A DNA stretch of 63,914 nucleotides, filler included, from Choristocarpus tenellus KU-1152 (taxonomy: Eukaryota > Protista > Phaeophyceae), in NCBI GenBank assembly GCA_964200185.2. It is 9 parts of 9 records of this genome, joined end to end, with 100 filler letters (N's around TTAATTAATTAA, not from the genome) between each part and the next. Parts side by side here need not be neighbours in the genome. Positions count along the whole stretch, not along the records: positions 15,875 to 32,297 come from CAXNAD020000831.1; positions 32,398 to 36,313 come from CAXNAD020017167.1; positions 36,414 to 41,218 come from CAXNAD020012991.1; 6 more parts are not named here. One strand, given 5' to 3'. Position 1 is the first letter of the stretch. Each line of letters opens with the position of its first letter. The notes below the pieces were generated by a model. It did no database searches. It was not told the DNA's origin and worked only from the letters and a program-made list of their open reading frames with translations. The position numbers were made by a program, and so were the translations under genes. Shown here one piece after another: positions 27,201 through 38,842 of this stretch.

Positions 27201-30200
27201 CCATGGGAGGGGCACAAGTGAATCTGATGCCTTCATCCAAGCCTCAAGATGTTTACAATGGTGTCTGCAAGGTTGTTAGGGAAAAGGTATAGTACATGTG
27301 AAAAAAAGAAGAGGAGATGGACTGTGGTGAGACTTCATAGAGGAGGGAAGAGATCAGGGCTGTTTTATGTTGATACGGTATGGCATGATTGATGATGATC
27401 CTACCTTGCCCTTGCCCTGTTTTGTCTTTTGACGATGAGGTTGATAGTGGTAGGTAGTGGTAGGTAGTGGTAGGTAGTGGTAGGTAGTGGTAGGTAGTGG
27501 TAGGTAGTGCATACCTTGTGCTCCTGCAACCCACGGTGACACAGAATGTTGTAGTTGTATGACATAAAGGTATGACATAGTTGTATGATGTAGTTAGGCT
27601 TGTTTGTGTGATATGATCTGATTATTTTGTGGTGTTGTATGTTATTTTGTGAAAGGAAGGTGTCTGCCGATGCGACAATGGATCTTCCTGAAGATGCCCA
27701 AGAGGAACAAGTTAGCAGAAAGAAATATGCTCGCATGTGTGATGGACTGGTTGAAAGAAAGGTCAGTTTGTGGGCTATCACTATCATTGGGTACAGTTAT
27801 CGCTGATAGGAGACAAAGTAATGAACAAGAGGCGAACAAGAGTGTGCTGTGATCAGTACTAGGGATTGTTTTTGGTATTTCAATATCTATAGAGTATGTA
27901 TGTTATGAAAATGATGTTTCAATATCAATGGAGTATGCCATGAAAATGATGTTTCGCATGTTCCTTTTTCTCCATTGCTTGTATTTGAACGTAAGGATGA
28001 GGAGACACATAATATGTTCCTGTTGATATTTATATACCCCTCCTGTGAATTTTTTATTTTCTGTATGAAATGTTGTTTGAAGTATAGCTGTGGTTTGATA
28101 GTAGTTGGGAGTGCGGTGTGCTTGCATGAATCAGTTTTTGGTTTAGTTCAGATTTTATAAGACCTTTTGCATGAAGTATCCAGGCGTTATACTGCCTTCT
28201 TGATCTATGATATTCCAGTTTGCAGCCTTTCCCCCCAATGGTCATGATAGCTACTAAGGTTTTACCTGGGATTAATCCGTTGGTGTGAGTGTGGAATGGA
28301 GGACATTTATTTCATTTTTAGTTGTCTGTGTGTGTGTCTCTTCAAGTGTGAACCTGTATAGTTACAAAAATATATTTAATTTTGTTAGTATAGTAGTGGG
28401 CAGTGCTTCTGTGTCCCATCAGGTGTGGCATGATGATGCTCTTTTACAGTCCTCTTGAACTGTTCAAAGTACAATGTTAATAGGCACTACACTCACAGAG
28501 CAGGGGTAGGGGTTGGAGGTTTTCTATTGATCTGTTGATGGTTTCTTCAGTGCTGAAGTGTCCCTAACCATGTCATTGTTGTTGTAGGTGGTGAAGCAGA
28601 CGGTCATGACCAGTGTTTACGGAGTTACCTATATTGGTGCTCGCAAACAGATCCAGGGTCAGTTGGAGGACAGGCTTGCAGCAGAGGGGGAGGTGAGGTT
28701 ATTGGCTCGATTGACTTCACCTTGACTGTGCACAGTGATGATCACAGTGATGATCACCTTGACTGTGCACAGTGATGATTTGAACCTTGACATATTTTTC
28801 GCGCAGGAGACCCCCACAAAGCATTGTACGGTACCCCCTTTTCAACCTTGCTCATTAGGGGTAGAGGTTAAGTTCTTGTTCATGGATATTTTTTTCCTCC
28901 CCTATTGAAGCACTTTTTGATACATTTTGTTGCTATTTTGATACATTTTGTCACTTTTCGACACATTTTGACACATTTTGTTGCCTTTTGTTGTGTTGGT
29001 GATGTGGTTGGTTAAATGAGTGTTCTCTGCAAGGTTTATTTCAGTACTTCTGTAACTGACAGAGGATAAGAATAAGAATGCAATTGTTGGTAGAAAATTT
29101 AAAATCTATATTAGGACGAGGTGATGGTTGTGAGGTGGTACTCTTAGTACTTTTGTTACAGAGATAAATGGTGTGCATTGCATTATTGTGTCGGTATGTT
29201 CATGTTATGTAGGTTGTTCATGTTATGTAGGGTTAGGGTTAACTAGTTTACGGTAGTTCTTCTAATGGTGTTCATTCATGATGGACTTGTGTAGGTGTTA
29301 ACTGAGGATCAGGATGCTGACATTTATCGAGCTGCGTCGTACTTGGCATCTCTCACTATGCAAGTCTTGGAGGAACTTTTTACGGAGGCCAGGTAGGCAA
29401 TAAGTGATGCAAGGGCGGATTAAGAGGAGAAATTGGTTGCCCCTTGTGGGGTGTAGAGTATTTCCACATAACTATGTTGTTGGAGACTGCTTGGTAAGGT
29501 CTGATAAAGGTGATGATATCAGTCTTCATTGTCATGGAGGTAATTTCTGTGTAGGTAATTTCTGTGGAGACAGTGTATTTGCGGAGATAACTTGTTTGAC
29601 ATACAGGCTTGTATTTCACTTACCTCCCTTCATTCCCTCTACATTTTTTTTTGTGTCAACACTAGAAATCCTTCTGTGGGACATACATAGGGTTAGGGCT
29701 TTCATAGTAACAGCTACCCAGGTGGTGGACTCTTTTGGTGATGTTCTGGCTAACATCATGTCCTTGCTGTGCCTCATGTGTTGTGGGCAGAAATATCATG
29801 GCCTGGCTAACAGAGCTGGCTAGGCTAGTGGCAGCAGAGGGCCAGCCTATGTCATGGGTGACTCCTATTGGACTACCTGTTGTACAGCCATACCGACGGC
29901 AGTCTTCGTTTCAGGTGTACATGTTAAAGTTAATTTTGATAGCACTTGCACATTACCATTATCATCATCATTATCATCATCATTATCATAACTGTGGTGT
30001 ATGTGATGCTGGAACATTTCACTTTGTGTGTACATGAGGCTGAGATGGTGCCATGCCATCTTGGCAATTGCTGCCCTGGTCTTTCCCCACTTCTCATTGC
30101 ATCTATTGTTGTGGGGTTTCTATTGTGTTCAGGTACAGACTTTGTTACAAGGCGTACACATTGTGGAGGAGAATGACAACCTTCCTGTCTCTGCATCCCG

Positions 30201-31060
30201 ACAAAGGTCTGCATTCCCTCCAAACTTTGTGCACTCCCTAGACTCCACTCACATGCTGCTGACAGCTGTTGAGATGGATAGGCAGGGAATCTCCTTTGCT
30301 GCAGTGCATGATAGCTACTGGGTTCATGCAGGTCATGTGGAGGAGATGAATACCAGTCTTCGACAGGTAAGGGGGAAAAAATGGGTTGGATGTAGTGACT
30401 GCCTTTATCGTCACATGTTACGAAAATTACAGGCTAATGTGTTCAAGAAGTCTTTTGTTTTTGTTGTGGGAATGACATGCATCACTTAAGGCTTCCGTAA
30501 GAAGAAGTGCTAGTTAGTATCTGTGGTTGCGAAGGAGATTCTGCTTACATGTTTTGGTTAATAGCAAGCAACAATTCTGTTGAAAATTGACATTTTTTTT
30601 TCAATTTTTTCAGTATATTTTCTTACCACACACAAAATAAATTTGTAGGGTGGAAAATGGATCTTTCATGTGTTGTGCATTTGACCGGTTTAAAGAATAT
30701 TCATATATTGAAACTCCGTGTGTCAGATTGTGTATATTTTTAAATGAAATATTCATTGATCACTCCACCAAATTGGACATCACCACGTGTATCTCGCTTT
30801 ATGAAGTGCCTAAGCTTGTCTGGGTGGTATTGATAGCTATTCAATTTTCACCCTTTCACCTCCCCTCTCTCCTCCCTCTTCTCTCCTCTGTGCGTCTGTT
30901 CTGTTGACAGTGTTTTGTCGATCTTTACTCACAACCTATTCTGGAGGACCTTCACAAGTCTCTGTGCCTTCGTTTTCCCACAATTGACTTCCCTCCTATT
31001 CCAAAGCGTGGTACACTTGATCTTGAGAAGGTCAAGAATAGCCGGTACTTCTTCCATTAA
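16244..31060 (+). CDS. RPOT: Nuclear-encoded phage T3/T7-type single-subunit RNA polymerase (mitochondrial RpoT), 15 exons, 5' incomplete
   Basis: Exons 16244-16327, 18004-18225, 18636-18842, 20448-20714, 21411-21464, 24037-24216, 24657-24737, 26356-26512, 27156-27286, 27660-27761, 28588-28692, 29295-29392, 29791-29914, 30133-30366 and 30911-31060 splice into one frame. Motifs: [17 protein letters not shown], motif [13 protein letters not shown], motif [25 protein letters not shown], motif C VHDSYW, C-terminal YFFH*. Confidence 0.96.
17346..17470. repeat. Minisatellite, ~12-bp unit (actgatacatac / actgatacttac)
   Basis: Direct tandem repeats visible in RPOT intron 1. Confidence 0.85.
18894..19045. 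repeat. Minisatellite, 27-bp unit ggttttattagtaattagtaattgata x~5.5
   Basis: Near-perfect tandem copies in an RPOT intron. Confidence 0.9.
19157..19464. repeat. Minisatellite, 14-bp unit gattgattgaa(ttc/gtc/tta) x~22
   Basis: Tandem copies with alternating variants. Confidence 0.9.
19933..20077 (+). repeat. Dispersed repeat, copy 1 (copy 2 at 23089-23213)
   Basis: ttttggcgattcaactactccacctc..ggtgttctatgaatatctgatggcgtgtgtgg..aaatctcgcctaaatcaaatact..tgtctcacagggtttg occurs twice in the same orientation. Confidence 0.85.
22084..22268. repeat. Minisatellite, 39-bp unit ggaaggaggaat(g/a)tagc(t/c)tct(g/a)tctttaatcaaaggtgt x~4.5
   Basis: Tandem copies without spacers; explains the repetitive ORF 22061-22273. 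Confidence 0.9.
22516..22767 (+). mobile_element. Fragment of a bacterial IS3-family transposase (OrfA/OrfB junction and OrfB N-terminal HTH region) inside an RPOT intron
   Basis: 22523-22600 reads [26 protein letters not shown]. After a frameshifting deletion, 22603-22767 reads [55 protein letters not shown]. An A9 run lies at 22522-22530, and ~30-bp imperfect direct repeats flank it (22484-22513, 22776-22805). Confidence 0.85.
23089..23213 (+). repeat. Dispersed repeat, copy 2 (copy 1 at 19933-20077)
   Basis: High similarity to 19933-20077. Confidence 0.85.
27445..27508. repeat. Minisatellite, 10-bp unit tagtggtagg x~6
   Basis: Perfect tandem copies. Confidence 0.9.
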
Positions 31061-32397
31061 GCAGAGTTGATATGAGCTTAAGTCTAGTGTGTGTCCCTTC
31101 TACATGCAGATCCTACAAAGGAGATCCCTTGGCACACACTATTTCTCTTCCATTTCCATTTCCATCAAACACTTTTTTCTTTGATTTTTGCGTAGTTGGT
31201 TAGGGATAGCAAAATTACTATTGTGAGTGTATCTATGTTCTGTGTATGAAACCTTGAAGACTGCTTGTGCACTTCATGCACTGGTTTTGATAGGAAAATG
31301 AGTACATGAAACGGTTACATGCAATGTCTCTTGATACAAAAAATTCTGTTTTCTATTCCTGGTTCAGCGGTTGCGAACAATACGGTTTAGACCTCTCTGG
31401 AAGGGGCCTTGACCCCTAGATGCATGCTTGTCTTTGAGGAGGTGTCATCAGAAGTATGGTGCGACAGGCCTGACTCTTGCAAACCAGAGATGAAGAGAGA
31501 AAACTTCAGTTTCGGAAGTAGTTGCTCCAGAGTTTATCGTCAATGAAGATCCTTTCCTGGCATTTCTGGTGGACCATGTGTTCCATATTGCAGCATGTGA
31601 ACTCTGGTATGTTGTAGGCAACGATTGGGACTCTTTTCCACCGTTTCCTGAGGCCATTAGCACCATGTTGCACCTACCATTCAGTGAAAATGGTTGACAC
31701 TCTATTGCTCATTCTTTGCTCTCTTCTTCATATATCACAGTCTGTGGCATCCTACAGGTAAACCCTTGACCATCATTCTGCCATAATAATTTTGTTCATT
31801 CAAGTTTCTCCTTGAAACCTAGCGATACTTCTATTGAATAGTATTACAACAATATACTGCTTTTTCAACAAAAACAATAAAAGTTGTTGTGGCAGCAAAG
31901 ATACAGGGCACACAATTTCATATTCAATCACTACTGCTACTACTGAGTGATCCCATCTTGCTGGTACAATGAAAAGACTAGTAGCTTGAGCAACTTTTCA
32001 AGAGTTTTAGATAGCTTGCGACTGGAAATGAAAGCAGGGTGGAAGGGAGAACTATTAGATGTCCTGACACGATGGCCGTGAGCTTTCTGGGATTGCGGTT
32101 GAGGGATGGAGCACAAAGGGTCACTAACCGACAAAAGAGGTGGTAAACAGCGGATCATGATAATGAATGGTGGATGGATCATTTCATGGAGGATGGGTTT
32201 GACCGAAATGGTGCGCGGAAAGTGCCCATATGTTTTCTTTTGTAAATGTCATAAAACTTCTTTAGGGCCCCTTTTTGGATGGGAATCCATGACAAGCNNN
32301 NNNNNNNNNNNNNNNNNNNNNNNNNNNNNNNNNNNNNNNNNTTAATTAATTAANNNNNNNNNNNNNNNNNNNNNNNNNNNNNNNNNNNNNNNNNNNN

Positions 32398-32500
32398 AAC
32401 CCTAACCCTAACCCTAACCCTAACCCTAACCCTAACCCTAACCCTAACCCTAACCCTAACCCTAACCCTAACCCTCTAACCCTAAACCTATCCCTAACCC
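32398..32500. repeat. Telomeric-type (CCCTAA)n tract at a contig start
   Basis: About 12-13 perfect CCCTAA units followed by degenerate units, oriented like a left chromosome end. Confidence 0.92.
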
Positions 32501-32649
32501 GTAGTTCCGATCAAATACCCCATCTAAATATCCCGAATATCCCGCATTATCTTCTCTGCGTACATAAAATAACACTTCAAGTCATATTCTCACAAATAGT
32601 CAAGCATAATCTTGACAAAATGATATGACATGAATGGGAAAAGATTATA

Positions 32650-32905
32650 GGGCCAACGTATCTTAGAGGGCAGAGCCACGTCCACTTGGGGGCCAAAATC
32701 CAAAGTTGCGATTTGGATGTAATCTTGGCTATGGTGTTCGTTGGAAGTGTCAATATCCATGTTCCGGACACACATTTTCATAACATATACACGTTACCTA
32801 CTCCCAAACATTTTGGATAGGAAAATGTCATAAAAGCACCAATGGAGTCCAAGTCCCAAATGGGTAAACAGGGCAAAACTCGTACCCTCTAAGGTAGTTT
32901 CACTC
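32650..32905 (-). mobile_element. MITE family B (~257 bp, putative Sola2-derived)
   Basis: TIRs GGGCCAACGTATCTTAGAGGG...CCCTCTAAGGTAGTTTCACTC; the interior is the reverse complement of 35651-35907. Confidence 0.85.
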
Positions 32906-33059
32906 AGTACTCAAATGTGAATCCTAACGCCAAACGAACCAATGGGATATTGTTGTAAGATTGAAGGTCCAGACACAGAAGGTGGGTAGACATTTTGCTA
33001 GGTATCGAACTTCACAGCAACAGCATGTGCCGGAGTAACCTTGGACTCCTTCCGCAAGG

Positions 33060-33480
33060 GCCCCTCTTCCTCCCGTGTGGGTAATGTCAAGCAGAAATCT
33101 GTTGAAGAAGCTTTGAGCGTCTCGACCAAGGACAATGTGCTGGGCATCCTTACTCCGTTGAGCTCAAGCAGCCTGGCATTGGACTTAACCACAGCCCCAA
33201 TCGCATCCGACAGGGACTTTCCATGGCAGGACACAAAGAAATTATGGATGACTGTGATCCCATGCCTTCCAAAGGCCTGCGAGACCCACTCCATCCGCCA
33301 CCTGTTCTTGAACTGGCTTCCGCATTCACCAGTCCAGATGTGTAGGACCCGCAGTTCCTGTTCATACTCGTGAGCCATGTGCTTCAAGAACTCGTTGATG
33401 AGCTTCTCTAGAACGTGCTGCACAAACTCATTGTCCTGGTTGGTATCTTGACTTAGGAACACAAAAGCTGTGCGCCCACG
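33060..33480 (-). mobile_element. Sola2-type DDD transposase fragment (degenerate)
   Basis: FVFLSQDTNQDNEFVQH...LHIWTGECGSQFKNR...HNFFVSCHGKSLSDAIGAVVK matches the SDD..HD..FV / (S/T)DG...QFKN / FF...HGK...DG.G..VK pattern of Sola2 transposases. The catalytic Asp position reads G (WTGEC). Confidence 0.75.
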
Positions 33481-35650
33481 TCCGTCCCCCCCCGAGACCT
33501 CCCCTCCTGAAGTCCTTCATCCACACAGCAGCGGGGAACATTGTTGAATTGTGTCCATTAAAAGCACAAACTTCGTCCAAATCTGCTTATTTTATGGTAA
33601 CCTTTACAGTAAAATATATACTTTGAATTAGTTGATGTAGAACATCAATTTGCCTTGATTATGCGATTGACGAGAGTGAACAACAGCTTCCTGGACTACG
33701 ACAACAGGTGTTTGACAATGGAATCCACAGCTTTGCACAAAACACCCTATCTGGAATAGAATTTGATGCACCTAATGCCTATGTGTGTGGTAATGGACAA
33801 TGGAGCGAATAATTATCAAAAAGTGGGTATTGTAGATCTCAAACCCTTCGCGATTTCCTTCGTGAGAGTATATAGGCATAGGCCCACACATGAAAAAAAA
33901 TCCCAGTCCTATGATCAGTGATGCTAAGAGTATGCTTTTTATTCATGTATAAAATATTTGTAGGAGAAATAGTCAGTTATTGGATTATGTTTCGATAACG
34001 GGATAATTGATAGGAGAGTTTTCTGTAGAGTAATCACGAGAATATTATCCGGGTTATTATAGTACAACACAGAGAATGAGTGACGTGTTATTAGAATATG
34101 AATGGTAAGGTGATAACCCCCTTTGAGCTTTGAAGTTCACTCTCCTTCTTTACACCTTCCTTCCTTCATGTACCACCTGTTCTACATAATAAGGAATTAA
34201 TCGAGTTACTCACATACACACAAGTTTTGGGAACACCAATTTCTTTAACAAGCGAAGGCGGAACTTACCAATACAGGACCACAAAAGACGGTCCATGCCC
34301 AGCTATGGCTACCTTTGTTGTATTGCTTTTACAGCCCTTGAACCGCGGAGCCACGATATGGAAACCTGTCCCCTGGTGCACCAACAACTTCTCTGTGATA
34401 GTCTTGCACACATTGTTAATGATATATATCCACCTTACTTTAGCATGCTCTTGTTCACTGTGTACCTTTGCCAAAGACTGTATCTGCAAGGATATTGTGC
34501 CTTGCAATGAAGCTGTCCTGCTGCAGCCAAATTCCTTCTTACATATACAATCCGCCTTCACAATGCTGTTCTTGTGTGAGTATTCTGCCTGAAATATGAA
34601 GACTTGAAAGGTGAACCTAAGCAATAGAACTGTCGCCCTCCCTCTTAGATGTTCTTCTTGCTTGTACATACTAAAGATTTTCTCCGACAAGGTTGAAGTC
34701 TGACAGGAGAAGATTACGCTCCTCTCATGGGGGGAGTCGGGAAGTGCATGAGACCTGAAACCATTGCAAAGTGGACAAAGGAGGAGCGCAATCTTCTCCT
34801 ACCAGACTTCAACCTTATCGGAGCATATCTTTGTGTCCTCCTTCAATGAAATCTCGTACTGTTGAATACACTGCACATTGGTACACGTGTGTATTGAAGA
34901 TTGAGAACTCATGCACCGCATCCTCACCCACTGCCAGAGATGTGCCATTCTTCCAGCACCCCGTAATCCTCCTGGTTGCAAAATCTGTAATACAGAACAG
35001 GATATAGATAGAGTGATTCTTGATAGCACTTTCAGCGAAATCCATTTGTGTTTAGTATATAATGATGTTCCATCAGATAATGAGCATGAGGAGTTCAAAC
35101 GGAGGCCTGCTAATATGTTGCAATTGGTAATGGTTTGAGTTAATCCCAACACATGCAGTTTGTTTCATCCTGTACTACAATCCCAACACATGTAGCTGTA
35201 CGAGGTGCACAAACTACGATCAAGTCGGTCACTCCTACTTGTTGCACACTGAAAATCATTCATTAGAGTAGGTTTATTAGCTAGGTAGAATTATATGCAC
35301 TCTGCTATCTTTGTAAACACATCAGGGTTTATAAAAAAATGTAGCTGAGTTCCTGAAATAAGCAGCAGAAAGCTACTACCATAACTAGGAAGTTTGAACT
35401 AATACCTAACCCTAAATTTATTTTACTGAGGAAAACAAACCTTTACCAAACCTTAGAGGTAGCAGACCCGACATATGATCCAAAAAACATTACAACAAAC
35501 TCCCTCTACAAAAACATCACTCAAATCGTTCACATAAGTGCATGAATTCTATGGAGGGTGTTCAACTGTGGGCCACTGCCCACTTACCTAAGAGCAGTAG
35601 AGAGCCCTGCTCGATGCCTCTGGAAACCCACCATTGCACCTTCCTTTTCA

Positions 35651-35907
35651 GAGTGAAAGTATCTTAGAGGGTACGAGTTTTGCCCTGTTTGTCCATTTGG
35701 AGCTCGGCTTCCGATGGTGTTTTTTATGACATTTTTCTACTCCCAAATATTTCGGAGTAGGGAAAATGTGTATGTTTGAAAGGTGTGTCCGGAACAAGGA
35801 TGTTGACACTTCCTAACAAACACGATAGTCAAATATTACATCGAAATGGCAAACTGGATTATGGCCCCCAAATGGACGCGGCTCTACCCTCTAAGATACT
35901 TTGGCTC
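35651..35907 (+). mobile_element. MITE family B (257 bp)
   Basis: TIRs GAGTGAAAGTATCTTAGAGGGTA...TACCCTCTAAGATACTTTGGCTC. Confidence 0.85.
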
Positions 35908-36073
35908 TCATCGTCACCAAATACGCTATTCTATATACCAGGGGCCCTTGAAATGTCTCCAATTTGCCGGTCCATTGGTGGTGTGTCCTCAGCGTCTAGT
36001 GCTTCCACTGCACGGAAGAGGGTAGTGCCTGTTCTCTGAAGACACTGTTCCTCAGCCAGCTCTCTCTTTTTTT

Positions 36074-36253
36074 TGCTCAAAGTATCTGGGGGGGGGGTGG
36101 CGGCTGTCCATTTGGGGTCAATTTGTTTCATGTCGCGATTATTGGGTGATTTGGTTGCATACGTCGGATGGATAACGTAAATGCATTTTTCCTGATTTTG
36201 CTCCAAGTGGACACCCTGGTGTAGAACCCCCCCCCCCCCAGAGACGGAGGGCC
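36074..36253 (-). mobile_element. MITE family A, inverted copy
   Basis: GCTCAAAGTATCTGGGGGGGGGGTGGCGGCTGTCCATTTGGGGTCAA... is the reverse complement of 7111-7298. Confidence 0.85.
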
Positions 36254-37829
36254 ACGGTAGGGCCGGGATCAACCAAACAGGCACAAGGAGGCAGGCCGCC
36301 CACACGATCGGAANNNNNNNNNNNNNNNNNNNNNNNNNNNNNNNNNNNNNNNNNNNNTTAATTAATTAANNNNNNNNNNNNNNNNNNNNNNNNNNNNNNN
36401 NNNNNNNNNNNNNCCGATGCCGGTCACTGATTAGAGGGATAGCAACCCTCGGGCGAAACCTCAACAAGTCTAACAACTTGCGATCCCCGTGAGTAGCTCT
36501 AAGTATCTGCTCGGTAGCTCAGGGGTTTACTAGTGTTTTCAACATAACGATGCCCAGTTATCCTCTGCAACCGAGATGTACATTGCTAGCACAGAATGCA
36601 ACATAGCATGTACTTTCTCTAACACAGAATGCCCTTGGGGGTGATAAGGTGTGTTTTGTTTTTCTTGGAACCAAAGACAGACTACAACTCTGTAACGATA
36701 CTGTTTTCAAATTCGGTACCTTGATTTAAGGGTACCAAACTCGGGTGGGCCGAAAATTGAAAATAAACGTTCTACCAGGTTACGAGCAATTGTTGTGGAC
36801 TCTTTGTTTGGAACAGGGCTCAGCACAACAGAAGTACTGAGGTGATCACCAGCAGACAACACTTATGAGCACATCACACCCATTTGCTGCTAGGAACGTG
36901 TTTTGTACTTTACCAAATCAAAAGCAACACGTTGAAATGGTCTGTCAACGGACATATGATCAATGGGAAATGTAGCTTTGTTGTAAGTAGTTTAACGCGT
37001 TCGGCATGCTTGAAAATCATGGCACCATGTACGAATGTCGATATTGAATATTGGCCACCAATACTAGTATCTAACCTTACCGAATGTGAGTTTGAAACCT
37101 AGGTGGCCTCCAGATAATGCATGAATGCATGATCATCGCAACCGTGGAGCACGAGACGGACTAACGAGCGAGGAACGACCAACTGGTCTGTAAACGTGCT
37201 CCTCTTACGAAGGCGGCCTGATAAATACGAACAATACAGTAAGCCATTTCGAAGGGAATATAAAACAAAGACGTTGGCCAATTCCTTATCAGCTAGTGGG
37301 GCAACGTTGGGTTACTGCAAATACCTGAAATATGGTCCGAACTCGAATTCCTACTCCTTTCGCAAATGCTTAAAGGTCCACTGCAGGAAACAGAGTAGCG
37401 GAACTGGTAAATAGTTCAGGATCACTTTGGACAGGCGTTGCTCCTGCCAATCAAGAACTTCGCCGAAGCCCTCCAGGACCAAGTTGGGGAATCGCTCCAC
37501 TTCTCTCTGGTGAAGTTGATTCTTTCTTTGGGGTGGGACGAAGTCCGAACGAGGAAACAGCATGGGAGGGGGTCACCATGTCAATAAAAAACTTTCTGGA
37601 GATCTTTCCATGATGTTGGAGAGGTTCTTGGAACGTGATTGTTAGGGGAAAACGTCACTCCACGGTTTGTGACAAGGTCCGAAAATATTTTGTTGAACTA
37701 GATCTTGAAGAAGTTTCGGGAAAAATTCCACGCGATGTGTTGAATACCTTTGTGAGGAAAGACTCGTTGCCAGAACCTTTTTGGTTGAGACAGATGATAA
37801 ACATAGGGTGTTTATAAATTACCCGCTGG

Positions 37830-38836
37830 TATTATTATTATTGTGCCCTGCACATTTTGTAGATGTGTATTCACATGTCAGAAAAACCCGTAAAAAAGTA
37901 ATAGTTGTGGTAAAATGTGAAAGACATTAATCCATTTACTATGTTACTACCACCTATATTGTACCGCTTCATTCCTGTGCCTCTAACCTAGGATAGTCCT
38001 GCACCCCAGGGTGAGGAGCTAGGGAAGCATCCCAAGAATCTAACAAGCCCCTCCTTGCCCATCCCCCTGGTGTCTCCAGCTCAAAATGCATGGCACGTCT
38101 AGATACGGAAACTTGCGTTGTGACTGAGACTATCTGGCGTAGGCAGGATTTGACCACCCCTTTTCTGGTGTAGCCTCCTGTCCCTTTCCCCTACCACATG
38201 CATAGCTAAGCTCATCCAGAAAACTTTCCGCTTGCTTACCGAGGCGCCCAAAACTTTCCACCGCGAAGGTGTTGAGGTTATATCATATGTTGTGTTCTGA
38301 TATTGAATTGGGTTTTCATCAGTTTACCCCCCTGACACATCTACAAGATATTAGAGGGCAAAATAATAAAATGTAGATGTAACACCTTCACAGTGGAAAG
38401 TTTTGGGCGGCTCAGCAAGCAAACAGAAAGTTTTCTGGGTGAGTTGACTATACACATGGTAGGGGGTAGAGGGATGAGAGGTTACAGGAGGAAAGGAGCT
38501 GTCAAATCCCGTTTACGATAGATAGTGTCTGTTTCAACACTAGTGGCTCTATCAAGAAGTATCATGCGTTTTAAGCTGGAGACACCAGAGATGGCCAAGG
38601 GGGGGCATGTCAGATTCTTGGGATGTTTCCCTATAGCTCCTCACACTGTGGTGTTGGGCTAAGCTAGGTTGGAGGCATAGGAGGGGAGTGGTGTAGAATA
38701 GCTGGTGGTCAAATAGTAAATAGATGATAGAAAAATATATTTCACATCTACGACAACTGTTACTTTTACAGGAGTTATTATATTGAATTGACTTCACGCT
38801 AACACATCTGCAAAATGTCAGAGGCCATAATAATAT
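37830..38836. repeat. ~1-kb foldback / long inverted repeat (arms ~37830-38273 and ~38381-38836)
   Basis: Paired segments include tcctgtgcctctaacctag / ctaggttggaggcatagga, ctggtgtctccagct / agctggagacaccag, cccaaaactttccac..gaaggtgtt / aacaccttc..gtggaaagttttggg and acattttgtagatgtg / cacatctgcaaaatgt. A further partial arm copy lies at ~40221-40360. Confidence 0.8.
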
Positions 38837-38842
38837 CATATA

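Noticed and set aside
27253-27787. ORFs with [10 protein letters not shown] repeats, and other poly-Y/poly-I/YIYI ORFs in the track
   Set aside because: Translations of intronic micro/minisatellites.
16244-31060. T7-like RNA polymerase as a prophage or viral gene
   Set aside because: It is split by 14 spliceosomal introns, has RpoT-type motifs and a YFF C-terminus, and has no phage neighbours; it is a normal nuclear organellar polymerase.
32650-35907. Composite transposon bounded by two inverted family B MITEs around the Sola2 fragment
   Set aside because: The outer flanks (tata / tcat) are not a TSD, and each MITE has both of its own TIRs.
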